A stretch of DNA of 64,000 nucleotides. Origin: Candidatus Omnitrophota bacterium (lineage in GTDB: Bacteria > Omnitrophota > Gorgyraeia > Gygaellales > Profunditerraquicolaceae). Position numbers and translations under genes: made by a program. Location of the stretch: NCBI GenBank assembly GCA_041649115.1, contig JBAZNT010000001.1:12325-76324 (forward strand). The letters are read 5' to 3'. Below the pieces are notes generated by a model. That model made no database searches. It was not told the DNA's origin and saw only the letters and a program-made list of their open reading frames with translations. Of this stretch, positions 18,501 through 27,383 are shown one piece after another (the first letter of the stretch is position 1; the number at the start of each line of letters is the position of its first letter).

Positions 18501-19046
18501 TCCGTTTCCGCCTTTGCCAAGACCATCGAGCTTAAGGACCAGTGTACCGGCGAACACGTTGAGAGGACGGTGCGTTATGCCACGGATTTGGCCAAGGAGC
18601 TGGGGTTATCCAAGGGCGAGATTGAGCTTGTCAAGCGGGCGGCCATGCTGCACGATTTAGGTAAAATTGGCATTAGTGAAGAAATCCTGCGCAAGCGCAG
18701 CAAGCTCACCAGAAAAGAGTTCGAGCAGATTAAAAAACACCCCCAGATCGGGGTAGATATCATAAGGCCTATCCAGTTTTTGCATTCCATCATTCCCCTT
18801 ATGCTTTATCATCACGAGCACTGGGACGGCAAGGGGTATCCTTACGGCCTAAAAGGAGACGAGATACCTGTCGGAGCCAGGATAGTAGCTCTTGCTGATG
18901 TATACCAGGCCTTGACGTCAGACCGGCCTTATCGCAAGGCTTACAGCAGGACCAAGGCCATCAAGCTCATAAAGCAAAATGCAGGAAGCCAGTTTGACCC
19001 TGACATCGTCAACGTCTTCCTGAACATGCTTAGGAATAATAGGTAG
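15600..19046 (+). CDS. multidomain c-di-GMP signalling protein: PAS/GAF sensors - GGDEF - HD-GYP
   Basis: Diguanylate cyclase core RYGGEEF with the I-site REYD five residues upstream. The C-terminal HD-GYP has LHDLGKIGISEEIL and HHEHWDGKGYPYGL. Several PAS-like and GAF-like segments lie N-terminal. The exact start is uncertain because no SD precedes 15600. Confidence 0.9.
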   Translation: MTFKDKDKNEMEESGSGARRQSIGTREMGFLCGSCDEDVLSQCRQLISIFDNIDEIIYVADPATHEILYANRTLVKERGNIVGKKCYEALQGFEEPCPFCTNKYIFSGENISRSYIWEFQNTVNQRWYHCIDKAIHWPDGRLVRYEMAIDITESRLYGKRISRINECLLKFKHNPNENIDSLVALCGELLAADCALYNRLEGDRLHTLNIWNEPSGYQRSDSAEGHICYDVVTHNAEDIVVVRNLGNTGYAVTDPNVGRYNLQTYVGSPVKLSGERIGVLCALYQRDIEPCEDDKNVLGIIAAAIAVEESRYSIKKSLEHSIEFERLISRLSTVFINLSPAEIDSAINRALEAIGRFSGVDRSYIFSVYDNKTKADNIYEWCLEGVESRMSVLKGITDEMMPWFAKKIRNNEVIHIRNIDDMPEEAAREKDFMKREGLKSVIIVPLLYDNDIMGLIGFDSIKIEKVWSENDISLLRTAGSIFASALKHKEADQALRAGEAFLSSIFKSIQDGISVLDEDYNIIRVNSSMEKWYAHNMPLVGKKCYEAYHGRSSPCEICPTRRTIATKEAAYEIVPHTGKNGEAIGWLDLYSFPLVDVGTGKISGAIEYVRDITARKQSDEALRASESKYRAVFENTGSATIIIEDDSTISLANSQFAVLSGYTIKEIEWLKSWKDFVAKEDLAKLERYHQLRIVDPNTAPKRYEFRFVDKIGNIKDIYIVVDMIPGTKKSVASLIDISDRRKNETEREKLNNDLLRSNEKLKQMALLDPHTGLYNHRYLVEVLEREFYRAKRHAHPISVIMLDLDYFKSINDVYGHAFGDLVLKQLSRQLKQMVREYDIVVRYGGEEFVIISPATDNTQGVTLAHRILDALTLYNFGNDKHTVKLKLSLAVASYPEDHVLKGIELVELTEKILSKAKESGGNRVYSSSDLIKDKGDALIVSKANTEARFLKDKIEKLTKRTNQGLIESVSAFAKTIELKDQCTGEHVERTVRYATDLAKELGLSKGEIELVKRAAMLHDLGKIGISEEILRKRSKLTRKEFEQIKKHPQIGVDIIRPIQFLHSIIPLMLYHHEHWDGKGYPYGLKGDEIPVGARIVALADVYQALTSDRPYRKAYSRTKAIKLIKQNAGSQFDPDIVNVFLNMLRNNR

Positions 19047-19052
19047 CCGTTT

Positions 19053-19130
19053 TAGGGACGGTTCTTGAGTTAATCTTAACCTGTCCCCTGAAAAGGGGGC
19101 AGGTTAGCTTTACCTTCAGAACCGTCCCTA
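19053..19130. repeat. nested-hairpin intergenic repeat, copy 1
   Basis: TAGGGACGGTTCT...AACCTGTCCCC-TGAAAA-GGGGGCAGGTT...AGAACCGTCCCTA. It starts 7 nt after the stop of the GGDEF/HD-GYP gene. Confidence 0.9.
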
Positions 19131-19139
19131 CTTTTTTAT

Positions 19140-19167
19140 TTGCCAAATGCGTTATTTCTGATATAAT
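19140..19167 (+). promoter_or_regulatory. candidate promoter for purB
   Basis: TTGCCA (19140-19145), 16-nt spacer, then an extended -10 TGATATAAT (19159-19167). Confidence 0.5.
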
Positions 19168-19218
19168 AAACCCTCTGGCTTTTAAGGGTATCCTAACCGC
19201 TTACTTACAGGAGTGGAT

Positions 19219-20514
19219 ATGATTGAGCGCTATAGCCTGCCTATGATGGCGCGTATCTGGAAAGAGGAATTCAAGTTCCAGACCATGCTGGAGATAGAAC
19301 TCCTTGCCCTGGAAGCCCTTACTATACAAAAGCAAATCCCTCCGGGAGTAGCAGGACGCATCCGCAAAAAAGCACGTTTTAGCCTCTCCAGAATCAAGAA
19401 ATTAGAAGAGAAAACACAACATGATGTAGTAGCGTTCGTTACCGATGTGGCACAAAATATTGGGTCGGATGCAAAATACCTACATTTAGGGTTGACCTCT
19501 TCTGATTTGCTGGACACAACACTTGGGGTTCAATTAACGGCTGCTTCCGATATTCTTATTGAAGACCTGGAGAGTCTATTGCGATTATTGGCTGATAAAT
19601 CCGTAAGGTACAAGGATATGGTATGCATCGGGCGCACCCACGGTATTCATGCCGAACCCACCACTTTCGGCTTAAAGCTTGCGCTTTGGTTTGACGAAAC
19701 GCGCCGCAACCTGAAACGGCTTAAGGATGCGCGGGCAGAGGTTGCCGTAGGCAAGGTCTCCGGGGCTGTCGGAACATATTCTAATGTTGATCCTGCAGTA
19801 GAAGCATATATCTGTAAAAAGTTGAAGCTTAAGGCCGCAGGTATCTCTACCCAGGTAATCCAGCGCGATATCTACGCCTATTACATGACTACCCTTGCCG
19901 TGCTCGCCGCCAGCCTTGAGAAATTCGCTTTAGAGATCCGCCACCTGCAGCGTACCGAGGTGCGCGAAGCGGAGGAGCCTTTTGGCAAAGGACAGAAGGG
20001 TTCTTCTGCCATGCCGCATAAGCGTAATCCCGTAATCTGCGAGAGGATCTGCGGCCTGAGCCGCATCCTGCGCGCCAACGCTGTTGTAGCGCTTGAGAAT
20101 GTTGCCCTCTGGCATGAGCGCGATATCAGCCATTCCTCTGTCGAACGCGTGATTATGCCGGATTCTACTATCGCGCTCGATTATATGCTGCATAAGTTTA
20201 TTGAGGTCTTAAGCGGCATGACGGTATACCCCGAAAGGATGCTTGCTAACCTGGTAGAGACAAGAGGTCTGATATTTTCGCAGCGGGTCCTCCTTACCCT
20301 TATGGAAAAAGGGCTGACCCGTCCGGTTGCTTATGATATAGTGCAGCGCAACGCCTTAAGGTGCTGGCGGGAAGGCAGGGATTTTAAGACCCTGCTGTTA
20401 GCGGATAAGCAAGTAGCGCGTTACCTTAAGCCGCGTGAATTAGAGATGATTTTTGACCTGGATTATTACCTGCGTAATACTGACAGGATTTTTAAAAAGG
20501 TCGGCTTGTTATAA
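19219..20514 (+). CDS. purB: adenylosuccinate lyase
   Basis: N-terminus MIERYSLPMM, GLTSSD, and the signature GSSAMPHKRNP. The SD AGGAG lies 5 nt upstream of ATG 19219. Confidence 0.95.
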   Translation: MIERYSLPMMARIWKEEFKFQTMLEIELLALEALTIQKQIPPGVAGRIRKKARFSLSRIKKLEEKTQHDVVAFVTDVAQNIGSDAKYLHLGLTSSDLLDTTLGVQLTAASDILIEDLESLLRLLADKSVRYKDMVCIGRTHGIHAEPTTFGLKLALWFDETRRNLKRLKDARAEVAVGKVSGAVGTYSNVDPAVEAYICKKLKLKAAGISTQVIQRDIYAYYMTTLAVLAASLEKFALEIRHLQRTEVREAEEPFGKGQKGSSAMPHKRNPVICERICGLSRILRANAVVALENVALWHERDISHSSVERVIMPDSTIALDYMLHKFIEVLSGMTVYPERMLANLVETRGLIFSQRVLLTLMEKGLTRPVAYDIVQRNALRCWREGRDFKTLLLADKQVARYLKPRELEMIFDLDYYLRNTDRIFKKVGLL

Positions 20515-20556
20515 GAGAGAGACTGCTGTCCTTCCTTAAATTCCCTTAAATTATCG

Positions 20557-23460
20557 ATGTTATACCGCATCCAGATTACGGAAAGACCGGGTATTTTTGA
20601 CGCTGTCGGCTCCGGCATTGCCAGGGATATCCGCGACCTCGGCATTAAGGCGGTCGAGTCGGTGCATTTTGCCCAGATTTATAATATCGAAGGAGAGCTT
20701 TCCGTTTCGGATGCCGAGACCATTGCCCGCGAACTGCTGGTAGACAGGCTGACCCAGAATTATATTATTAATGCCCGTCGCAATACTGGCGAGGGTCCTG
20801 ACGAATCCGTGGTGGAAATAGCTTATAACCCCGGCGTAATGGATCCCGTTGAGGATTCGGTCTTGAAGGCTATCAGCGACCTGGGGATTAGAGGCGTACG
20901 TTGCGTTAAGACTGCCAAGAGGTACCTGCTTAAAGGCAGGCTCAACGCGCAGCAGCTAAAGACCATTTCAGAAAAATTGCTCTACAATAAATTAATCCAG
21001 CACAGCGTGGACCTATCTTTGCCGGAAGCTACGGCTCCTGAGATAGCGCCATACCGCTTTAGACTCATTACGGTTGAGTTGTTAGGGGCCGACGATAGAG
21101 AACTTAAAAGAATAAGCAGGGACGGCCAGTTATTCCTGAATCTGGCCGAGATGCAGAGAATCAGGAGGTACTTTAAGGATATCGGACGCAACCCCACCGA
21201 CTGCGAACTGGAGACCGTTGCCCAGACCTGGTCGGAGCACTGCGGGCATAAGACCTTTCGCGGGGACATTGAGTATAAATTCAAAGATAGCCCTCTCGCC
21301 ACCCGTTTCAAGACGCGCAAGATAAAAAATCTCCTTAAGTCTACCATTATGAAGGTAACCCGCGAGCTTGCTAAGCCCTGGTGCGTGTCGGTATTTGAGG
21401 ATAATTCCGGGGTTATCAGGTTTGACGATAAATACAACGTTTGTTTTAAGGTAGAGACCCATAACCATCCTTCGGCGCTGGAGCCGTTCGGAGGCGCCAA
21501 TACCGGTATCGGCGGAGTAATCCGTGATCCTTTGGGAACAGGTCTGGGCGCCAGGCCGTTTTTAAACACCGATGTTTTTTGTTTCGGTCCGACGGATTAT
21601 CCCTTCAGCAAGCTGCCGCCTGGAGTGCTGCATCCCAAGCGGGTAATGAAAGGGGTAGTTTCCGGGGTGCGCGATTACGGGAACAAGATGGGTATTCCTA
21701 CCGTTAACGGCGCGGTGTTATTCCATGAAGGTTTTGTAGGAAATCCCCTCGTTTATTGCGGCACTGCCGGTTTAATACCCAAGGATAAGACCGCCAAGCG
21801 CGTGCGGCCGGGGGATTTGGTGGTAGTGGTTGGGGGCAGGACCGGCAGGGACGGTATCCACGGCGCAACATTTTCTTCGGGAGAGCTGACCCATGAATCC
21901 GAGAGCGTCTCAAGCGGCGCAGTGCAGATCGGAAACCCTATCCAGGAGAAAAAGATGCTCGATACGATTATGGAGGCGCGCGACTTGAACCTTTACAGCG
22001 CCATTACAGATTGCGGCGCCGGCGGCTTATCTAGCGCTGTCGGAGAAATGGGCAAGGATATCGGAGCGCGGGTTGACCTGGAGAAGGTGCCTTTGAAATA
22101 TACGGGCTTATCATATACCGAGATATGGATTTCGGAATCGCAGGAACGCATGGTCTTAGCAGTGCCGAGGAAGAACGCCGGCAGGTTAATCCAAATATTC
22201 AGCCGCGAGGATACGGAGGCCACGGTTATCGGGGAGTTTGTCCCTACCGGGAAGCTCGAGCTTTATTACGAAAGTAACAAGGTCTGCGAGCTGGATATGG
22301 AATTTCTGCATAATGGCTTTCCGCGCCTGAGCAAAAAAGCAGTATACCTTGCCTCCCGCCACCGCGAACCAAGGCTGCAATGCCCTTCGGGATTAACTGA
22401 TACCCTGTTGAAGCTTCTCTCGCGTTATGATGTCTGCTCCAAGGAATGGATTATCAGGCAATACGACCATGAGGTGCAGGGAGGTTCGGTAATCAAGCCC
22501 CTGGCAGGCATCGACAATGACGGGCCTTCGGACGCCGCAGTGGTAAAACCCGTTCTCTGGAGCCCCAGGGCGGTCGTTATTTCCTGCGGTATCAATTTCA
22601 GATACGGTTTTGTCGACCCTTACTGGATGGCGGCCTCCTGCATTGACGAAGCCCTGCGGCAGATTGTTGCAACAGGAGGGTCGCTGAAACAGGCGGCGCT
22701 CCTGGATAATTTCTGCTGGGGTAATCCCGATAAGCCGGATCGGCTGGGGGGGCTCGTGCGGGCAGCGCTGGCATGTTATGACATCGCCAAAGGTTTCGGC
22801 GTGCCTTTTATCTCCGGCAAGGACAGCCTCAATAACGAATATGCGGTAGGAGGCAAATCAATAGCTATCCCCGGCACGCTTTTGATATCCGCCATGGCGG
22901 TGATGGATGACGCAAAGAATGCAGTTTCCATGTATGCCAAGGAGGCGGGGGATTTAATCTATGTCGTAGGCAAGACCTATCATGAGTTAGGAGGCTCACA
23001 TTATTATGACCTTTTAGGTTTTACGGGCAACAGCGTTCCGAAAGTAAATACCCGCATTGCCAGAGAGACATTCTTGAGGTTAAGCCGTGCCTCCGGGTCG
23101 GGGGTTATCAAGGCAATGCACGATTGTTCCGAGGGTGGCTTGGCAGTGGCAGCTGCCGAGATGGCCTTTGCCGGAGGCCGCGGGATGGAACTGTTTCTTT
23201 CCGAGGTGCCTTATTCCGCAAAAGGCAAAAAGAGCAACGATACCGTTTTGTTTTCAGAATCAAATTCCCGTTTTATTGTGGAGGTAGACAGGCGCAGGCA
23301 GAAACAATTTGAGCGGATGCTTGCGGGGGTTCCGTTCGGGCTGATGGGGTGTATATCAGAGGGGAGCGATTTTAAGGTCTGGGGCCTGGATAACAAGCTT
23401 TGCGTATCAACTGATATCGCGAGACTTAAAGAGGCCTGGCAGGCGCCATTGAGGTGGTAA
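20557..23460 (+). CDS. purL: FGAM synthase subunit PurL with two N-terminal PurS-like modules (PurS-PurS-PurL fusion)
   Basis: The PurL core starts near residue 180 (TWSEHCGHKTF, VETHNHPSALEPFGGANTG, GKDSLNNEY). The N-terminal ~175 aa form two ~85-aa segments resembling PurS. Confidence 0.92.
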   Translation: MLYRIQITERPGIFDAVGSGIARDIRDLGIKAVESVHFAQIYNIEGELSVSDAETIARELLVDRLTQNYIINARRNTGEGPDESVVEIAYNPGVMDPVEDSVLKAISDLGIRGVRCVKTAKRYLLKGRLNAQQLKTISEKLLYNKLIQHSVDLSLPEATAPEIAPYRFRLITVELLGADDRELKRISRDGQLFLNLAEMQRIRRYFKDIGRNPTDCELETVAQTWSEHCGHKTFRGDIEYKFKDSPLATRFKTRKIKNLLKSTIMKVTRELAKPWCVSVFEDNSGVIRFDDKYNVCFKVETHNHPSALEPFGGANTGIGGVIRDPLGTGLGARPFLNTDVFCFGPTDYPFSKLPPGVLHPKRVMKGVVSGVRDYGNKMGIPTVNGAVLFHEGFVGNPLVYCGTAGLIPKDKTAKRVRPGDLVVVVGGRTGRDGIHGATFSSGELTHESESVSSGAVQIGNPIQEKKMLDTIMEARDLNLYSAITDCGAGGLSSAVGEMGKDIGARVDLEKVPLKYTGLSYTEIWISESQERMVLAVPRKNAGRLIQIFSREDTEATVIGEFVPTGKLELYYESNKVCELDMEFLHNGFPRLSKKAVYLASRHREPRLQCPSGLTDTLLKLLSRYDVCSKEWIIRQYDHEVQGGSVIKPLAGIDNDGPSDAAVVKPVLWSPRAVVISCGINFRYGFVDPYWMAASCIDEALRQIVATGGSLKQAALLDNFCWGNPDKPDRLGGLVRAALACYDIAKGFGVPFISGKDSLNNEYAVGGKSIAIPGTLLISAMAVMDDAKNAVSMYAKEAGDLIYVVGKTYHELGGSHYYDLLGFTGNSVPKVNTRIARETFLRLSRASGSGVIKAMHDCSEGGLAVAAAEMAFAGGRGMELFLSEVPYSAKGKKSNDTVLFSESNSRFIVEVDRRRQKQFERMLAGVPFGLMGCISEGSDFKVWGLDNKLCVSTDIARLKEAWQAPLRW

Positions 23461-23461
23461 G

Positions 23462-24115
23462 ATGAAGAGACCAGCATTGCACGATGATTTTACCAGCGAG
23501 GATACCTGGCGGATATTCCGCATCATGTCGGAATTTGTGGACGGTTTTGAGGTATTGTCGCAGATAGGCAAGGCCGTATCAATTTTCGGCTCCAGCCGTT
23601 CAAAACCGCACGATAAATATTACAAATTGACCGAGGAGGTTGCGTATCTGCTGGCCAAGAACGGCTTTGCCGTTATCACCGGAGGCGGCCCCGGCATCAT
23701 GGAGGCTGCCAATAAAGGAGCCCGCCGGGCAAAGGGGCATTCCATCGGGCTCAATATCCAGATACCATCGGAGCAGAAACCCAATCCCTACATAGATACC
23801 CTGCTGGATTTCCACTATTTCTTCGTGCGTAAGGTAATGTTTGTAAAATACGCCAAGGCCTTCGTGATTATGCCGGGGGGTTACGGAACGCTGGATGAAT
23901 TTTTTGAAGCCGCTAATCTTATTCAGACGCGCAGGATAAAGCGTTTCCCGGTAGTCCTCTTCGGGAGCAAATACTGGGAAGGGATGATTGGCTGGCTTAA
24001 ACGGGAAGTATTGCGCCAGGGCAATATCAGCCCCGCAGACCTGGATATCTTTAAGGTGGCCGATACCCCGCGGCAGGCAGCGGAAATCGTAAAAAGATTC
24101 TATGAAAAGACCTAA
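23462..24115 (+). CDS. LOG-family (TIGR00730 / lysine-decarboxylase-like) nucleotide phosphoribohydrolase
   Basis: Motifs ITGGGPGIMEAANKGA and MPGGYGTLDEFFE (PGGxGTxxE). Confidence 0.85.
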   Translation: MKRPALHDDFTSEDTWRIFRIMSEFVDGFEVLSQIGKAVSIFGSSRSKPHDKYYKLTEEVAYLLAKNGFAVITGGGPGIMEAANKGARRAKGHSIGLNIQIPSEQKPNPYIDTLLDFHYFFVRKVMFVKYAKAFVIMPGGYGTLDEFFEAANLIQTRRIKRFPVVLFGSKYWEGMIGWLKREVLRQGNISPADLDIFKVADTPRQAAEIVKRFYEKT

Positions 24116-24902
24116 GGCATGTATCTTAAGGACCGCAGGCACCAATTGCGACAGGGAGACCGCATACGCATTCTTAAAGGCCGGCGCGGAGCCCTCGGCC
24201 GTACATATCAACAGTTTTATCAGCGCGCGGGATAAGCTTGATAGTTACCAAATCCTTGCTATCCCGGGAGGTTTTAGCTACGGGGACGATGTTGCAGCCG
24301 GAAAGATCCTGGCAAATGAGTTAAAATGTAAATTGAGGGAGAAGCTAGAGGTTTTTATTAGTTCTGGCAAGCCCATTATCGGCATCTGCAACGGCTTTCA
24401 GGTGCTCATTAAGTGCGGGCTCCTGCCCGGCAACAGCGGCCTTGAACAGGAGGCCAGCCTGTTCATCAACGATTCCGGCAGGTTCGAAGACCGCTGGGTA
24501 TATTTGAAGAATTTTTCCTTTAACCGTAAACAGAAATGCATCTGGACAAAGGGGTTGCCCGGAGTCATTTATCTTCCGGTGGCGCACGGAGAGGGTAAAT
24601 TCGTGGCGCGCAATAAAGAATCCTTGAAGGCGATTAAGAAGAATAGCCAGGTGGTCTTTCAGTATTGCGATCAGGAAGCCGGGCCTGCGGGTTATCCCGC
24701 CAATCCTAACGGCTCACAGGAGAATATCGCCGGGATATGCGATGTGACCGGCAGGATACTGGGGTTGATGCCGCACCCGGAGAGGCACATTGCGAATTTC
24801 CAGCACCCCCGCTGGACCGCAGGAGCCAGACGCTTCGGGTCCGGAGAGGGCGACGGTTTGCTTATTTTTAAGAATGGAGTGGAATATGCCAGAAAACTTT
24901 AA
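24102..24902 (+). CDS. purQ: FGAM synthase glutaminase subunit
   Basis: Class-I amidotransferase with GICNGFQVL (nucleophile Cys) and MPHPER. Confidence 0.92.
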   Translation: MKRPKACILRTAGTNCDRETAYAFLKAGAEPSAVHINSFISARDKLDSYQILAIPGGFSYGDDVAAGKILANELKCKLREKLEVFISSGKPIIGICNGFQVLIKCGLLPGNSGLEQEASLFINDSGRFEDRWVYLKNFSFNRKQKCIWTKGLPGVIYLPVAHGEGKFVARNKESLKAIKKNSQVVFQYCDQEAGPAGYPANPNGSQENIAGICDVTGRILGLMPHPERHIANFQHPRWTAGARRFGSGEGDGLLIFKNGVEYARKL

Positions 24903-26325
24903 CGATCGGCCAAAGGAGTTCTGCGGTTTGTTCGGGATATACGGCCACAAGCAGGCGAGCTGGCTTACGTATTTAGGGCTGTATGCCCTTCAGCACCGCG
25001 GCCAGGAGGCCTGCGGTATCGCAGTTAATAACAAGGGAAGCATCCTTGTGCACAGGCAGACGGGCCTGGTCAGCGATGCCTTTGGGGGCGAGATGCTCAA
25101 CAGGTTAAAAGGGGATATGGCGGTAGGGCACGTGCGTTATTCGACCACGGGCTCCAGCATTCTAAAGAATGCCCAGCCTCTTTTAATAGATTATGCCAAG
25201 GGGTCGGTCTGCATTGCCCACAACGGAAACCTTGTAAATTCGCTTATCCTGCGTCAGTACCTTGAGAGGCGCGGTTCGATATTCCAGACTACCACGGATT
25301 CCGAGCTTATCATCCACCTGATGGCCAGGGCCCAATCGCGCGGCTTAAAAGAGAGCCTTTTCTACGCCCTCCGGCGTATCAGGGGCGCTTATTCTTTGGT
25401 AATGATGGATGAAAAGAACTTAATCGGGGTACGCGACCCGCTGGGGTTCAGGCCCCTAGCCTTGGGGAAGCTCGGCAGCAGCTGGTGCCTGGCCTCGGAG
25501 ACCTGCGCATTTGATTTGATAGGCGCCAGGTTTATCCGCGAGGTAGAGCCCGGAGAGGTAATTTTTATCAATAACCAAGGCCTTAAGTCCTTTAGGCCGA
25601 AGGAGTGGAATAAGAAGGCGCATCATGCCTTCTGTACTTTCGAGCACGTTTATTTTTCCAGGCCGGATTCGGTTGTTTTCGGAGAGACAGTGCATCTGGT
25701 GCGGCGTAAGCTCGGTGCGCAATTGGCGCGCGAATATCCGGTGGATGCGGATTTTGTAATACCGGTGCCGGACTCCGGATTTTCCGCAGCCCTAGGGTTT
25801 TCACAGGAATCAGGCATCCCCTTAGAGCTGGGCATCATTCGCAATCACTACGTAGGCAGGACATTTATCCAGCCGGCGCAGGATATCCGCGACCTGGGGG
25901 TGCGGGTGAAATTCAATTTATTGCGCGATATCATCAAGGGCAAGAGTATAGTCATCGTAGATGATTCCATCGTGCGCGGCACTACTTCAAAGATACGCGT
26001 GCGCAACCTCCGCGCTGTCGGCGTAAAAGAGGTGCATCTGCGAATTTCGTGCCCGGCACACCGTTTCCCGTGTTTTTACGGGATTGATTTTCACCGTTCC
26101 TCCGAATTGATCGCCAACCGCTATGATTCCGCAGAGATGATAAAGCGATATCTGGGGGTAGACAGCCTTGGCTATTTGAGCCTGGGAGGGATGTTAGGGT
26201 GCCTAAAGAACCCCAGGGATAATTATTGCACTGCCTGCTGGACGGGTAAGTATCCGGTTATCCCGGAGAAGAAAGCGGGTAAATTTTCACTGGAGGCCCG
26301 TTGCTGCGGCCAGGGGGATATTTAG
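24886..26325 (+). CDS. purF: amidophosphoribosyltransferase
   Basis: Short propeptide then CGLFGIYG (Ntn Cys), the PRPP loop VIVDDSIVRGTT, and Fe-S cysteines (CFYGID, CTACWTGKYP). I chose the ATG at 24886; the ORF-track start lies inside purQ. Confidence 0.95.
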   Translation: MPENFNDRPKEFCGLFGIYGHKQASWLTYLGLYALQHRGQEACGIAVNNKGSILVHRQTGLVSDAFGGEMLNRLKGDMAVGHVRYSTTGSSILKNAQPLLIDYAKGSVCIAHNGNLVNSLILRQYLERRGSIFQTTTDSELIIHLMARAQSRGLKESLFYALRRIRGAYSLVMMDEKNLIGVRDPLGFRPLALGKLGSSWCLASETCAFDLIGARFIREVEPGEVIFINNQGLKSFRPKEWNKKAHHAFCTFEHVYFSRPDSVVFGETVHLVRRKLGAQLAREYPVDADFVIPVPDSGFSAALGFSQESGIPLELGIIRNHYVGRTFIQPAQDIRDLGVRVKFNLLRDIIKGKSIVIVDDSIVRGTTSKIRVRNLRAVGVKEVHLRISCPAHRFPCFYGIDFHRSSELIANRYDSAEMIKRYLGVDSLGYLSLGGMLGCLKNPRDNYCTACWTGKYPVIPEKKAGKFSLEARCCGQGDI

Positions 26326-26327
26326 GG

Positions 26328-27350
26328 ATGGGGAAGCTGACTTACCGCAAGGCAGGCGTGGATATAGAGAAGGCGAGGGATTTTAAGAACAATATCAAAT
26401 TCCTGCTGCGGCGCTCTTTTAGGTCCGGCGCGCGCCGCGACATAGGAGGGTTCGGCGGTTTCTTTGACCTTTCTGCGATTAAAATGAAGAGCCCGGTTTT
26501 GGTTTCTTCAGCGGACGGGGTGGGGACGAAGCTTAAGATCGCAACCCTTGCCCATAAACACGATACTGTCGGGATTGACCTGGTGGGCATGAATGTCAAT
26601 GATATACTTTGCACCGGCGCAGAGCCGTTGTTTTTTCTTGATTATATCGCCTGCAGCAAACTGGATGCGTCTGTTCTCTACGAGGTAGTGCGTGGCATAA
26701 CCGCAGGTTGCGTGCAGGCAGGTTGCGCCCTGGTCGGGGGAGAGACTGCCGAGATGCCCGGGATGTATGCAAAGGGAGAATATGACCTGGCAGGTTTTTG
26801 CGTGGGCGCCGCGGAAAAGGCCGATATTATTGACGGCAGCCGCATTGAAGCCGGTGACGTAATCTTGGGTATTGAGTCCAGCGGCCTGCACTCCAACGGG
26901 TTCTCCCTGGTAAGAAAGGTCTTTAGCCAGAAAACGCTGAAAAGCTTATCAGCAGAACTTCTTAAGCCAACCCGTATTTACGTGAAGCCGCTTTTGTCAT
27001 TGTTGCGCAGCAAGGCGCTTAAGCAGCGCTTAAGCCGTGCAGTAAAAGGCATCGCGCATATCACCGGCGGAGCATTTTATGACAAGATCGCCAGGATCCT
27101 GCCTTCTAATGCAGACGCCTTGATTAGAAAGTATTCCTGGGATATCCCAAAGATATTCTTTCTCATTCAGAATAAAGGCGCTATCCCTGAGCGGCAGATG
27201 TATCATACCTTGAATATGGGTATCGGGATGGTTTTAATTGTGAGGCCGGCATTTGAGAGGCGGATAAAATCCGAGCTTGCCTGCCTCGGGGTTAAATCAT
27301 GGAGCATCGGGGAGATTATTAAGGGTAGTGGCAGGGTTGATATTGTTTAG
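26328..27350 (+). CDS. purM: phosphoribosylformylglycinamidine cyclo-ligase (AIR synthetase)
   Basis: Motifs LTYRKAGVDI, DGVGTKLKIA, DYIA, GGETAEMPG and HSNGFSL. Confidence 0.95.
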   Translation: MGKLTYRKAGVDIEKARDFKNNIKFLLRRSFRSGARRDIGGFGGFFDLSAIKMKSPVLVSSADGVGTKLKIATLAHKHDTVGIDLVGMNVNDILCTGAEPLFFLDYIACSKLDASVLYEVVRGITAGCVQAGCALVGGETAEMPGMYAKGEYDLAGFCVGAAEKADIIDGSRIEAGDVILGIESSGLHSNGFSLVRKVFSQKTLKSLSAELLKPTRIYVKPLLSLLRSKALKQRLSRAVKGIAHITGGAFYDKIARILPSNADALIRKYSWDIPKIFFLIQNKGAIPERQMYHTLNMGIGMVLIVRPAFERRIKSELACLGVKSWSIGEIIKGSGRVDIV

Positions 27351-27383
27351 CGCTAAGAGGTAGCAGCCGGCGCTATGTTGTAC

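Noticed and set aside
19131-19218. I looked for purine or ZTP riboswitches upstream of purB, purL, purD and glyA.
   Set aside because: The intergenic regions are too short (10-90 nt) and lack the conserved cores I know (for example the CCGCCTGGG-type ZTP pseudoknot or the purine three-way junction). An Infernal scan would be the decisive check.
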